Below, piece by piece: positions 50,956-63,463 of a DNA stretch of 64,000 bases. Source of the DNA: Octopus sinensis. Its lineage: Eukaryota. Position numbers and translations under genes: made by a program. The notes below the pieces were generated by a model, which made no database searches, had not been told where the DNA came from, and saw nothing but the letters and a program-made list of their open reading frames with translations. The stretch covers positions 19,999-83,998 of the forward strand of contig NW_021833238.1 in assembly GCF_006345805.1 (NCBI RefSeq). Direction: 5' to 3'. Position 1 is the first letter of the stretch, and each line of letters begins with the position of its first letter.

Positions 50956-53093
50956 CTATCCATATGTGTATATTTATATTCGACATTTTAAATTTAGCCT
51001 TGTGCCTACATAAGTTCATTAATTTCACTTCTTTGAATTCAAAGAATTATTGTCTTTGAATAATATATGCATTTTTTCTAATAAGCAAGCTTGCACTTGA
51101 AATATATTTGTAAGCTCCATGCCTGTATGGTGCCGCCCTGTCCAAATGCTCCATGTCACGTTGAAAGGTGGGGCTTCTCTTTTCTTTTAGTTCCCAGACA
51201 TATTTTGCTAGGCTGGTTTTCTTTCTATTCTCTGGGTATTTAAAAGAATTCTTATGAGAATAAAATCTTGTTTTAAATGAATTTTCTGAAGCCCCTGTGT
51301 ATGTCTTGTATTCTGATGAGCCTTCCACTTGCACCTTGGCTCTATAAACTACTCCTTTCACTAGACATTTCCCTTCTAAACGGACAGGAGCTTTCGTTTT
51401 TGAAATTACATTTCTTAATGGGCTCGGCACCATGTCTAATCTCAATTAGCTTCCTATTATGTTGGCTAATGTAAGGAGCGAAATTTCTGCAACAAGAATA
51501 GCTAACCTTCAGGGTTTCTTCTATTAAATATTCTGTAGAATTTATGACCCTGCCTAAAATGCTTAGAGACTAATCTCAAAAATTCCTTACCTATATATTA
51601 GTCTTTACGGCCAAATTGAAAGCCGGGTTGAACCACAAAACTTTCCTAGTCCTAGTTCTCTTCGTGCAGCATTATTATTAGCATTAAGCTGGTTGAAACT
51701 GGATCTTCTTCTCCTATAATCCACTATTCTTTAATGCGCTATCGTAATAAGGTGCAGCATTATGGAATGCTGCCTCGTCCGAAGAAATTGAAGATATTCT
51801 TCTACCTACATTGCTGACTAAGTTGCTAAGGATAACTGGTGGATGGTTCGAATCTTTGCTAATATACGATAGCTTTTCATTGGGCTTACGGAAAGTTTTA
51901 AATCTATCCGATCTTACATTAAAATACGTCTAAAAATCTACACTATTCAGGTTAGTATCTATCGTAATCCGTAAGCCCATCCTTTGAAAGAAAGCTATAA
52001 GGTCCTTCCTAAGTCTATCTGATTCATGGCCGTTTAGATTATGCGTGGCTATAAGGCCGTCATCCCTATATAGACCTGCATCTATAAATGGGAATTCTAT
52101 TTTTAGATTATGGAGAATAAAGGCTCCTATGAGCATACATAATTCAGCCCCGTCGTATGCCCCCATCGGTACATCGAAAAGAGAATCCTCAGTCTTCTTA
52201 ATCCAGTGGAATCCTCGAAAAACAGAAGCGATTTCCTCGCATGCATAATAATTTCAATTTCCGAGCTATCGATGTTGACATACTGCTTGGCGAAGTCCAA
52301 TGCCCTTAGGAGCAACGTCCTAGATATCGACGGGTAAAAGTCAATAATGTCGAATTGTGTGAAACTACAATTATTCTTATAGCTAATACCTTTAAACCAC
52401 TCTATAACTGACTTACTATTCTTCCAATTCTCAAGTCTACTTCACTATCTAATTTAACTAAAATACGGTCTAAATATTTTTGCTAATAATTCCTATCTCA
52501 GTTTTAGCCGGATTTATCAATCTACATTTGGGGTTTCTACTAAAATTGTCTTTATGGTCTTTCAGAGTAATAAAGCTGGTCGTGGTGAAAGGTATCAATC
52601 CTATCGCTAATCTTAAGATCGTTAGCTATTCCTCTTGCTTCTAAGTTCACCTCTTTTGTATATATTCGTGTTGTCTTTTTTGTACGTGTCCGTGACACTA
52701 TTCGAAATCAGGCGTTTATAAACGTCCTTATCAAGTGCATATAAGTTCCTTGTCTTGTCAGAATTAACGAAGATCTTATTCGAGCCGTTAATTTCCTTAA
52801 TTTTTTCTCTCATGTTTTTTTGCAATTGGTTGGTAAATTTTGCGGAATTTAATTTTCCTAATAAGCTCGAAAAGGTCTTTCTCGAAGGCTTCTAATTCCG
52901 GAATCGGTGGTGGGTTTCTGGGAGATTTAAATCCATATTTGTTACCTTCTATTTTCTGTTTATTATCAAGAAGAAGGCTTTCCATCTCAGTCTTCTAATA
53001 AACTCTTCTGTTTTCTCTATAAGACCTTTGATATTGTTTCTGTGCAGGGATAGGTATATTTTTCTGAGAAAAATCCAGCGGGTAAAGTTCCAT
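50956..53093 (-). CDS. PLE RT plus GIY-YIG endonuclease, copy 1 (frameshifted as assembled)
   Basis: Starts [16 protein letters not shown]; RT motifs [33 protein letters not shown]; endonuclease VVYRAKV...TYTG; C-terminal KCKLCLLEK...CRHK. Confidence 0.8.
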
Positions 53094-53252
53094 CTTTTCA
53101 GCTGTTTGTTCTTCCTACTTGTGCAGTCGCTCAAACTTTTACAAGGAGCGGGTTAGACCGGAGTAAACACATAAATGTGAAACAAGGGAAAAAAGAGTAC
53201 TCAAATACCAGTGGTAGAGTAATATGCTTTATTTTAAGCAGCAGAAAATTCA

Positions 53253-53306
53253 ACAAAATCTGTTACTCTGAGTTTCTCGTTGGCCGTTCATCAGACAGTT
53301 CTTGCT
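53253..53306 (-). ncRNA. Minimal type I hammerhead ribozyme (array copy 2)
   Basis: Same motif (core 53260-53298) with one extra base in stem II as assembled. Confidence 0.8.
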
Positions 53307-54024
53307 AGAATGGAACATATATATAATTCAATCTATACTCTTACAAACGCTACACTTTAAAAGAAATGGACTTGTTTGATTGGCCCTTTAGAAAAAACGG
53401 TCAATCTTCGAGCGATAAACAAAAAGGTCAAAAATATATGTATATATATATAAAAACTTATAAAAATTATAAAATCCGAGGAAATACCGAGGAAAAACCT
53501 GTTGCCGTTAATGAAGACAGTACAAATTAATGCATAAAATAAACCTGTTATAAATACTGCAATACATATTTATATTAAAATCCACATATATATATCAACA
53601 TACACAAAAGGATGCGCGTAAACGCCATACATACATATACAGACGTATGAATATGAATCTAAATTATACACATAAAGCATGTGTACATATATTCACGCAA
53701 AACGTCTCGCACGCAAGCTAAAATTCATCTATGTAGCAATTCTCATATACTGAGCAAGGAGGGGAACGAAAGAAAGGGAAAGAGAGAAAAAGGAACGAAG
53801 GAGGGGTGGGGAAAAAAATTTGTAGCGATGTTATTTGGCATCTATAGAGGCCAGTATACATACACAAGTTTGAATCGATACATATACATACCGTCGTGTG
53901 TATGCGTGCTTAAGCACAAGCATACTTTCACTTACACATACACAGATACGTATGCTTACAAATACATATGCTTTGCTATACACAAACTTATATAAACATT
54001 CTAAATTTGACAACATTGCTTTTT

Positions 54025-54059
<35 letters not shown>

Positions 54060-54324
54060 ATTGCTTTTAAAAATTCGGTGCATTAATAAAAATATATACG
54101 AAAGACCTATAAAATAAAATATAACATCCTATTTTGGGTCATTTATAAATAATCAAGGTAATATAAATAATCAAGGTAATCTTATGCAATACAATAACAT
54201 GAAAACAAAGTTTGTAGGTTTTTCCTAATATATATGTAGAAACAATAAGACTTTGCTATAGGTCCGTTGCAGCGCTCAAGAGTCAAAATCAAAATCAAAA
54301 AATCAAAATACAAAATATATACAT

Positions 54325-56449
54325 CATATTTATATTCGACATTTTAATAGCCTTTGCCTACATAAGTTTATTCACTTCGATTCATTAATTATAATTGTTG
54401 CCTCATTTCATTCTTGATTCTTGTTTTGTTGCATTTTTTCTAATAAGCAAAGCTGCACTTGAAATTATATTTGTAAGCTCCATGCCTGTATGGTGCCGCC
54501 CTGTCCAGAATGCTCCATGTCACGTTGAAAGGTGGGGCTTCCTTTTCTTTTAGTTCCCAGACATATTTTGCTAGGCTGGTTTTCTTTCTATTCTCTGGGT
54601 ATTTAAAAGAATTCTTATGAGAATAAAATCTTGTTTTAAATGAATTTTCTGAAGCCCCTGTGTATGTCTTGTATTCTGATGAGCCTTCCACTTGCACCTT
54701 GGCTCTATAACTACTCCTTTCACTAGACATTTCCCTTCTAACGGACAGGAGCTTTCGTTTTTGAAATTACATTTCTTAATGGGCTCGGCACCATGTCTAA
54801 TCTCAATTAGCTTCCTATTATGTTGGCTAATGTAAGAGGCGAAATTTCTGCAACAAGAATAGCTAACCTTCAGGGTTCTTCTATTAAATATTCTGTAGAA
54901 TTTATGACCCTGCCTAAAATGCTTAGAGACTAATCTCAAAAATTCCTTACCTATATTAGTCTTTACGGCCAAATTGAAAGCCGGGTTGAACCACAAAACT
55001 TCCTAGTCCTAGTTCTTCGTGCAGCATTATTATTAGCATTAAGCTGGTTGAACTGGATCTTCTCCGAGATCCACTATTCTTTAATGCGCTATCGTAATAA
55101 GGTGCAGCATTATGGAATGCTGCCTCGTCCGAAGAAATTGAAGATATTCTTCTACCTACATTGCTGACTAAGTTGCTAAGGATAACTGGTGGATGGTTCG
55201 AATCTTTGCTAATATACGATAGCTTTTCATTGGGCTTACGGAAAGGTTTAAATCTATCCGATCTTACATTAAAATTTACGTCTAAAAAATCTACACTATT
55301 CAGGTTAGTATCTATCGTAATCCGTAAGCCCATCCTTTGAAAGAAAGCTATAAGGTCCTTCCTAAGTCTATCTGATTCATGGCCGTTTAGATTATGCGTG
55401 GCTATAAGGCCGTCATCCCTATATAGACCTGCATCTATAAATGGGAATTCTATTTTTAGATTATGGAGAATAAAGGCTCCTATGAGCATACATAATTCAG
55501 CCCCGTCGTATGCCCCCATCGGTACATCGAAAAGAGAATCCTCAGTCTTCTTAATCCAGGTGGAATCCTCGAAAACAGAAGCGATTTCCTCGCATGCATA
55601 ATAATTTCATTTCCGAGCTATCGATGTTGACATACTGCTTGGCGAAGTCCAATGCCCTTAGGAGCAACGTCCTAGATATCGACGGGTAAAAGTCAATAAT
55701 GTCGAATTGTGTGAAACTACAATTATTCTTATAGCTAATACCTTTAAACCACTCTATAACTGACTTACTATTCTTCCAAATTCTCAAGTCTACTTCACTA
55801 TCTAATTTACTAAAATACGGTCTAAAATATTTTTGCTAATAATTCCTATCTCAGTTTTAGCCGGATTTATCAATCTACATTTGGGGTTTCTACTAAAATT
55901 GTCTTTATGGTCTTTCAGAGTAATAAAAGCTGGTCGTGGTGAAAGGTATTCAATCCTATCGCTAATCTTAAGATCGTTAGCTATTCCTCTTGCTTCTAAG
56001 TTCACCTCTTTGTATATTTCGTGTTGTCTTTTTTTGTACGTGTCCGTGACACTATTCGAAATCAGGCGTTTATAAACGTCCTTATCAAGTGCATATAAGT
56101 TCCTTGTCTTGTCAGAATTAACGAAGATCTTATTCGAGCCGTTAATTTCCTTAATTTTTTCTCTCATGTTTTTTGCAATTGGTTGGTAATTTGCGGAATT
56201 TAATTTTCCTAATAAGCTCGAAAAGGTCTTTCCTCGAAGGCTTCTAATTCCGGAATCGTGTGGTGGGTTTCTGGGAGATTTAAATCCATATTTGTTACCT
56301 TCTATTTTCTGTTTATTATCAAAGAAGAAGGCTTTCCATCTCAGTCTTCTAATAAACTCTTCTGTTTTCTCTATAAGACCTTTGATATATTGTTTCTGTG
56401 CAGGGATAGGTATATTTTTCTGAGAAAAATCCAGCGGGTAAAGTTCCAT
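54325..56449 (-). CDS. PLE RT plus GIY-YIG endonuclease, copy 2 (frameshifted; 3' end garbled)
   Basis: ORF pieces 55802-56449, 55551-55787, 54956-55519, 54571-54996 and 54440-54730 tile the same protein. Confidence 0.8.
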
Positions 56450-56611
56450 CTTTTTCAGCTGTTTTTTCTTCCTACTTGTGCAGAGTCGCTCAAACTTTTA
56501 CAAGGAGCGGGTTAGACCGAGTAAACACATAAATGTGAAACAAGGTGGAAAAAAAGTACTCAAATACCAGTGGTAGAGTAATATGCTATATTTTAAGCAG
56601 CAGAAAATTCA

Positions 56612-56664
56612 ACAAAATCTGTTACTCTGAGTTTCTCGTTGCCGTTCATCAGACAGTTCTTGCT
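56612..56664 (-). ncRNA. Minimal type I hammerhead ribozyme (array copy 3)
   Basis: Same motif (core 56619-56656); extended stem I UAGCAAGAACUGU / ACAGAUUUUGUUG pairs at 12 of 13 positions, including GU. Confidence 0.85.
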
Positions 56665-57664
56665 AGAATGGAACAATATATTAATTCAATCTATACTCTT
56701 ACAAACGCTACACCTTTAAAAAGAAATGGACTTGTTTGATTGGCCCTTTAGAAAAAACGGTCAATCTTCGAGCGATAAACAAAAAGGTCAAAAATATATG
56801 TATATATAATATAAAAACTTATAAAAATATAAAATCCGAGGAAAATACCGAGGAAAAAACCTGTTGCCGTTAATGAAGACAGTACAAATTAATGCATAGA
56901 AATTAAACCTGTTATAATACTGCAATACATATTTATATTAAATCCACATATATATATCAACATACACACAAAAAGATGCGCGTAAACGCATACATACATA
57001 TACAGACGTATGAATATGAATCTAAATTATACACATAAAGCATGTGTACATATATTCACGCAAAACGTCTCGCACGCAAGCTAAAATTCATCTATGTAGC
57101 AATTCTCATATACTGAGCAAGGAGGGGGAACGAAAGAAAGGAAAGAGAGAAAAAGAACGAAGGAGGGGTGGGAAAAAAATTTGTAGCGATGTTTTTGGCA
57201 TCTATAGAGGCCAGTATACATACACAAGTTTGAATCGATACATATACATACCGTCGTGTGTATGCGTGCTTAAGCACAAGCATACTTTCACTTACACATA
57301 CACAGATACGTATGCTTACAAATACATATGCTTTGCTATACACAAACTTATATAACATTCTAAATTTGACAACATTGCTTTTTTATATAAAAAAAAAAAA
57401 ACATTGCTTTTAAAAATTCGGTGCATTAATAAAAATATATACGAAAGACCTATAAAATAAAATATAACATCCTATTTTGGGTCATTTATAAATAATCAAG
57501 GTAATATAAATAATCAAGGTAATCTTATGCAATACAATAACATGAAAACAAAGTTTGTAGGTTTTTCCTAATATATATGTAGAAACAATAAGACTTTGCT
57601 ATAGGTCCGTTGCAGCGCTCAAGAGTCAAATCAAAATCAAAAATCAAAATACAAAATATATACT

Positions 57665-59790
57665 CTATCCATATGGTATATTTATATCGACATTTTAAAT
57701 TTAGCCTTGTGCCTACATAAGTTCATTAATTCACTTCTTTGATTCAAAGAATTATTGTCTTTGAATAATATATGCATTTTTTCTAATAAGCAAAGCTTGC
57801 ACTTGAAATTATATTTGTAAGCTCCATGCCTGTATGGTGCCGCCTGCTGTCCAGAATGCTCCATGTCACGTTGAAAGGTGGGGCTTCCTTTTCTTTTAGT
57901 TCCCAGACATATTTTGCTAGGCTGGTTTTCTTTCTATTCTCTGGGTATTTAAAAGAATTCTTATGAGAATAAAATCTTGTTTTTAAATGAATTTTCTGAA
58001 GCCCCGTGTATGTCTTGTATTCTGATGAGCCTTCCACTTGCACCTTGGCTCTATAAACTACTCCTTTCACTAGACATTTCCCTTCTAACGGACAGGAGCT
58101 TTCGTTTTTGCAATTACATTTCTTAATGGGCTCGGCACCATGTCTAATCTCAATTAGCTTCCTATTATGTTGGCTAATGTAAGAGGCGAAATTTCTGCAA
58201 CAAGATATAGCTCTTCAGGGTTCTTCTATTAAATATTCTGTAGAATTTATGACCCTGCCTAAAATGCTTAGAGACTAATCTCAAAAATTCCTTACCTATA
58301 TTAGTCTTTACGGCCAAATTGAAAGCCGGGTTGAACCACAAACTTTCCTAGTCCTAGTTCTTCGTGCAGCATTATTATTAGCATTAAGCTGGTTGAACTG
58401 GATCTTCTCCGAGAATCCACTATTCTTTAATGCGCTATAACGTAATAGGTGCAGCATTATGGAATGCTGCCTCGTCCGAAGAAATTGAAGATATTCTTCT
58501 ACCTACATTGCTGACTAAGTTGCTAAGGATAACTGGTGGATGGTTCGAATCTTTGCTAATATACGATAGCTTTTCATTGGGCTTACGGAAGGTTTAAATC
58601 TATCCGATCTTACATTAAAATTTACGTCTAAAAAATCTACACTATTCAGGTTAGTATCTATCGTAATCCGTAAGCCCATCCTTTGAAAGAAAGCTATAAG
58701 GTCCTTCCTAAGTCTATCTGATTCATGGCCGTTTAGATTATGCGTGGCTATAAGGCCGTCATCCCTATATAGACCTGCATCTATAAATGGGAATTCTATT
58801 TTTAGATTATGGAGAATAAAGGCTCCTATGAGCATACATAATTCAGCCCCGTCGTATGCCCCCATCGGTACATCGAAAAGAGAATCCTCAGTCTTCTTAA
58901 TCCAGGTGGAATCCTCGAAAAACAGAAGCGATTTCCTCGCATGCATAATAATTTCAATTTCCGAGCTATCGATGTTGACATACTGCTTGGCGAAGTCCAA
59001 TGCCCTTAGGAGCAACGTCCTAGATATCGACGGGTAAAGTCAATAATGTCGAATTGTGTGAAACTACAATTATTCTATAGCTAATACCTTTAAACCACTC
59101 TATAACTGACTTACTATTCTTCCAAATCTCAAGTCTACTTCACTATCTAATTTAACTAAATACGGTCTAAAATATTTTTGCTAATAATTCCTATCTCAGT
59201 TTTAGCCGGATTTATCAATCTACATTTGGGGTTTCTACTAAAATTGTCTTTATGGTCTTTCAGAGTAATAAAAGCTGGTCGTGGTGAAAGGTATTCAATC
59301 CTATCGCTAATCTTAAGATCGTTAGCTATTCCTCTTGCTTCTAAGTTCACCTCTTTGTATATATTCGTGTTGTCTTTTTGTACGTGTCCGTGACACTATT
59401 CGAAATCAGGCGTTTATAAACGTCCTTATCAAGTGCATATAAGTTCCTTGTCTTGTCAGAATTAACGAAGATCTTATTCGAGCCGTTAATTCCTTATTTT
59501 TTCTCTCATGTTTTTTTGCAATTGGTTGGTAAATTTGCGGAATTTAATTTTCCTAATAAGCTCGAAAAGGTCTTTCTCGAAGGCTTCTAATTCCGGAATC
59601 GGTGGTGGGTTTCTGGGAGATTTAAATCCATATTTGTTACCTTCTATTTTCTGTTTATTATCAAAGAAGAAGGCTTTCCATCTCAGTCTTCTAATAAACT
59701 CTTCTGTTTTCTCTATAAGACCTTTGATATATTGTTTCTGTGCAGGGATAGGTATATTTTTCTGAGAAAAATCCAGCGGTAAAGTTCCAT
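57665..59790 (-). CDS. PLE RT plus GIY-YIG endonuclease, copy 3 (frameshifted as assembled)
   Basis: ORF pieces 59486-59833, 59156-59350, 58515-59015, 57783-58070 and 57682-57864; retains the CNCKNESSC motif. Confidence 0.8.
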
Positions 59791-59952
59791 CTTTTTCAGC
59801 TGTTTTTCTTCCTACTTGTGCAGAGTCGCTCAAACTTTTACAAGGAGCGGGTTAGACCGGAGTAAACACATAAATGTGAAACAAGGTGGAAAAAGAGTAC
59901 TCAAATACCAGTGGTAGAGTAATATGCTTTATTTTAAGCAGCAGAAAATTCA

Positions 59953-60005
59953 ACAAAATCTGTTACTCTGAGTTTCTCGTTGCCGTTCATCAGACAGTTC
60001 TTGCT
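59953..60005 (-). ncRNA. Minimal type I hammerhead ribozyme (array copy 4)
   Basis: Same motif (core 59960-59997). Confidence 0.85.
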
Positions 60006-61018
60006 AGAATGGAACATATATATTAATTCAATCTATACTCTTACAAACGCTACACCTTTAAAAAGAAATGGACTTGTTTGATTGGCCCTTTAGAAAAAAC
60101 GGTCAATCTTCGAGCGATAAACAAAAAGGTCAAAAATATATATATATATATAAAAACTTATAAAATTATAAAATCCGAGGAAAATACCGAGGAAAAAACC
60201 TGTTGCCGTTAATGAAGACAGTACAAATTAATGCATAGAAATTAAACCTGTTATAAATACTGCAATACATATTTATATTAAAATCCACATATATATATCA
60301 ACATACACAAAAGGATGCGCGTAAACGCCATACATACATATACAGACGTATGAATATGAATCTAAATTATACACATAAAAGCATGTGTACATATATTCAC
60401 GCAAAACGTCTCGCACGCAAGCTAAAATTCATCTATGTAGCAATTCTCATATACTGAGCAAGGAGGGGGAACGAAAGAAAGGGAAAGAGAGAAAAGGAAC
60501 GAAGAGGGGTGGGGGAAAAAATTTGTAGCGATGTTATTTGGCATCTATAGAGGCCAGTATACATACACAAGTTTGAATCGATACATATACATACCGTCGT
60601 GTGTATGCGTGCTTAAGCACAAGCATACTTTCACTTACACATACACAGATACGTATGCTTACAAATACATATGCTTTGCTATACACAAACTTATATAAAC
60701 ATTCTAAATTTGACAACATTGCTTTTTTTATATAAAAAAAAAAAAAAAAAAAAAACATTGCTTTTAAAATTCGTGCATTAATAAAAATAATATACGAAAG
60801 ACCTATAAAATAAAATATAACATCCTATTTTGGTCATTTATAAATAATCAAGGTAATATAAATAATCAAGGTAATCTTATGCAATACAATAACATGAAAA
60901 CAAAGTTTGTAGGTTTTTCCTAATATATATGTAGAAACAATAAGACTTTGCTATAGGTCCGTTGCAGCGCTCAAGAGTCAAAATCAAAATCAAAAAATCA
61001 AAATACAAAATATATACT

Positions 61019-61764
61019 CTATCCATATGGTATATTTATATTCGACATTTTAAATTTAGCCTTGTGCCTACATAAGTTCATTAATTCACTCACTTCTTGA
61101 TTCAAAGAATTATTGTCTTTGAATAATATATGCATTTTTTCTAATAAGCAAAGCTTGCACTTGAAATTATATTTGTAAGCTCCATGCCTGTATGGTGCCG
61201 CCGCCCGTCCAGAATGCTCCATGTCACTTGAAAGGTGGGGCTTTTTCCTTTTCTTTTAGTTCCCAGACATATTTTGCTAGGCTGGTTTTCTTTCTATTCT
61301 CTGGGTATTTAAAAGAATTCTTATGAGAATAAAATCTTGTTTTAAATGAATTTTCTGAAGCCCCTGTGTATGTCTTGTATTCTGATGAGCCTTCCACTTG
61401 CACCTTGGCTCTATAAAACTACTCCTTTCACTAGACATTTCCCTTCTAACGACAGAGCTTTCGTTTTTGAAATTACATTTCTTAATGGGCTCGGCACCAG
61501 TCTAATCTCAATTAGCTTCCTATTATGTTGGCTAATGTAAGAGGCGAAATTTCTGCAACAAGAATAGCTAACCTTCAGGGTTCTTCTATTAATATTCTGT
61601 AGAATTTATGACCCTGCCTAAAATGCTTAGAGACTAATCTCAAAAATTCCTTACCTATATTAGTCTTTACGGCCAAATTGAAGCCGGGTTGAACCACAAA
61701 ACTTTCCTAGTCCTAGTTCTTCGTGCAGCATTATTATTGCATTAAGCTGGTTGAACTGGATCTT
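61019..61764 (-). pseudogene. PLE ORF copy 4, 5'-truncated (linker plus endonuclease only)
   Basis: Homology to the unit stops at ...GAACTGGATCTT (61764), where the inverted segment begins. Confidence 0.85.
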
Positions 61765-62134
61765 ATTGTACTGTCTTCATTAACGCAACAGGTTTTTTTC
61801 CTCGGTATTTTCCTCGTATTTTATAATTTTTATAAGTTTTTTATATATATACATATATTTTTGACTTTTTGTTTATCGCTCGAAGATTGACCGTTTTTTC
61901 TAAAGGGCCAATCAAACAAGTCATTTCTTTTAAAGGTGTAGCGTTTGTAGAGTATAGATTGATTAATATATATGTTCCATTCTAGCAAGAACTGTCTGAT
62001 GAACGGCAACGAGAAACTCAGAGTAACAGATTTTGTTGAATTTTCTGCTGCTTAAAATAAAGCATATTACTCTACCACTGGTATTTGAGTACTCTTTTTT
62101 CCACCTTGTTTCACATTTATGTGTTTACTCCGGT
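61765..62134 (+). repeat. Inverted pseudo-LTR segment of the PLE (370 bp)
   Basis: Reverse complement of the spacer at ~59858-60225, ending ...GTGTTTACTCCGGT followed by (TA)n. Confidence 0.92.
61984..62036 (+). ncRNA. Minimal type I hammerhead ribozyme (inverted copy)
   Basis: Plus strand CTGT CTGATGA ACGGCAACGA GAAA CTC A GAG TA ACAG at 61992-62029. Confidence 0.85.
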
Positions 62135-62406
62135 ATATATATATATATTATATATAATATATATATATGAAGAGAGAGAGAGAGAGAGAGAGAGAGGGGA
62201 GAGATAGATAGATACATACATACATACACACATACATACATACACACACACATATATACATACATGCATACATACATACATACATACATATATACTTACA
62301 TACATACATATATACATACATACATATATATATACATACATATGATATATTGTAAATAGAATTATAAACCTTCACCATATGCTGAATTCACACATGTTTA
62401 CATCTG

Positions 62407-62440
<34 letters not shown>

Positions 62441-62860
62441 TGTATGTATGTATGTATGTATATATGTGTGTGTTTGTGTGTGGGGGGGGGTGAGGCTGAA
62501 CCTCTCTTTCATTAGAAAATAGATCTAAGTTAATAAGCATATCTTTAGAAGCCAATTCTTTTATAAACTTATATGTGTGTGTGTGGAAATATATATATAT
62601 AGATATATATGTGTGTGTGGTGTGTGTGTTTGTGTGTGTGTCTGTGTGTGTGTATGTATATACACACACACATATATATATGAATATACAGACGCACACA
62701 CACACACACATACACATATATATATATCTATGTATATATGTATGTATATATATATATAAATCAGTGTGTGTATGAATGTGAGAGTGCGTGTGTATATTAT
62801 GCATATGTATGTGAGTATGTATGCGTGCGTGTGTGTGTGTTATATGTGTGCGAGAGCGTG
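62135..62860. repeat. Compound (TA)n/(GA)n/(TACA)n/(TG)n microsatellites
   Basis: Directly visible. Confidence 0.95.
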
Positions 62861-63290
62861 CATGTGTGTATGCTGTTTTCTTATGTTCCGTTATTGGCGG
62901 GATCAACTAAAATAAATGTCATTTGATATATAAAGGATTTAATTACGGGCTGCTATTCGTTTCATGCCTCTCATAATGCATTAGTCGGAGAAGCTTGTAA
63001 TAGCGTCCGTGTCTTTCGAAGCAATAAAGCAGACTCAAAATATTTGGAGTCTGAATGATTGCTTCGAAGTACATGGCACACTATAAAAGCAAGCTTGTCC
63101 GGCCATTGTACTTTCAGGGACATGATGCTAATAGAAACTCGAATTTAAATCTTGTGTATTTTAAAGGACACACACAGACACACACAAACACACACACACA
63201 CACCACACACACACACCACACCACACACACACACACACACACCACACACACACAACACACACACAACCTATATATATAATAGATATATAT

Positions 63291-63463
63291 ATACGACGGG
63301 CTTCTTTCAGTTTCTGTCTACCAAATCCACTCACAATGCTTTGGTCGATCCGAGGCTGAGGCTATAGTAGAAGACACTTGCCCAAGGTACTACGCAGTGG
63401 GACTGAACTCGGAACCATGTGGTTGGTAAGCAAGCTACTTACCACACAGTCACTCCTACTCCT
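63291..63463 (-). mobile_element. SINE family B, 5' half
   Basis: Reverse complement of the family-B head through GAAAGAAGCCCGTCGTAT, then microsatellite. Confidence 0.88.

Larger units (their letters stand above)
49860..62134 (-). mobile_element. Penelope-like element tandem array: 3 full ~3.36-kb units, 5'-truncated 4th unit and inverted terminal segment
   Basis: Equivalent positions recur at 49891, 53260, 56619 and 59960 (periods 3369, 3359, 3341 bp); RT and GIY-YIG ORF; hammerhead in every spacer; (TA)n on both flanks. Confidence 0.95.

Noticed and set aside
51313-51345. CTGATGA-GCC...GGC on the plus strand inside each PLE ORF
   Set aside because: No GAAA half-core follows; it is antisense coding sequence.
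54320-54440. Apparent unique insertion or divergence in PLE copy 2
   Set aside because: Looks like a scrambled version of the same segment in the other copies; most likely low-quality consensus sequence.
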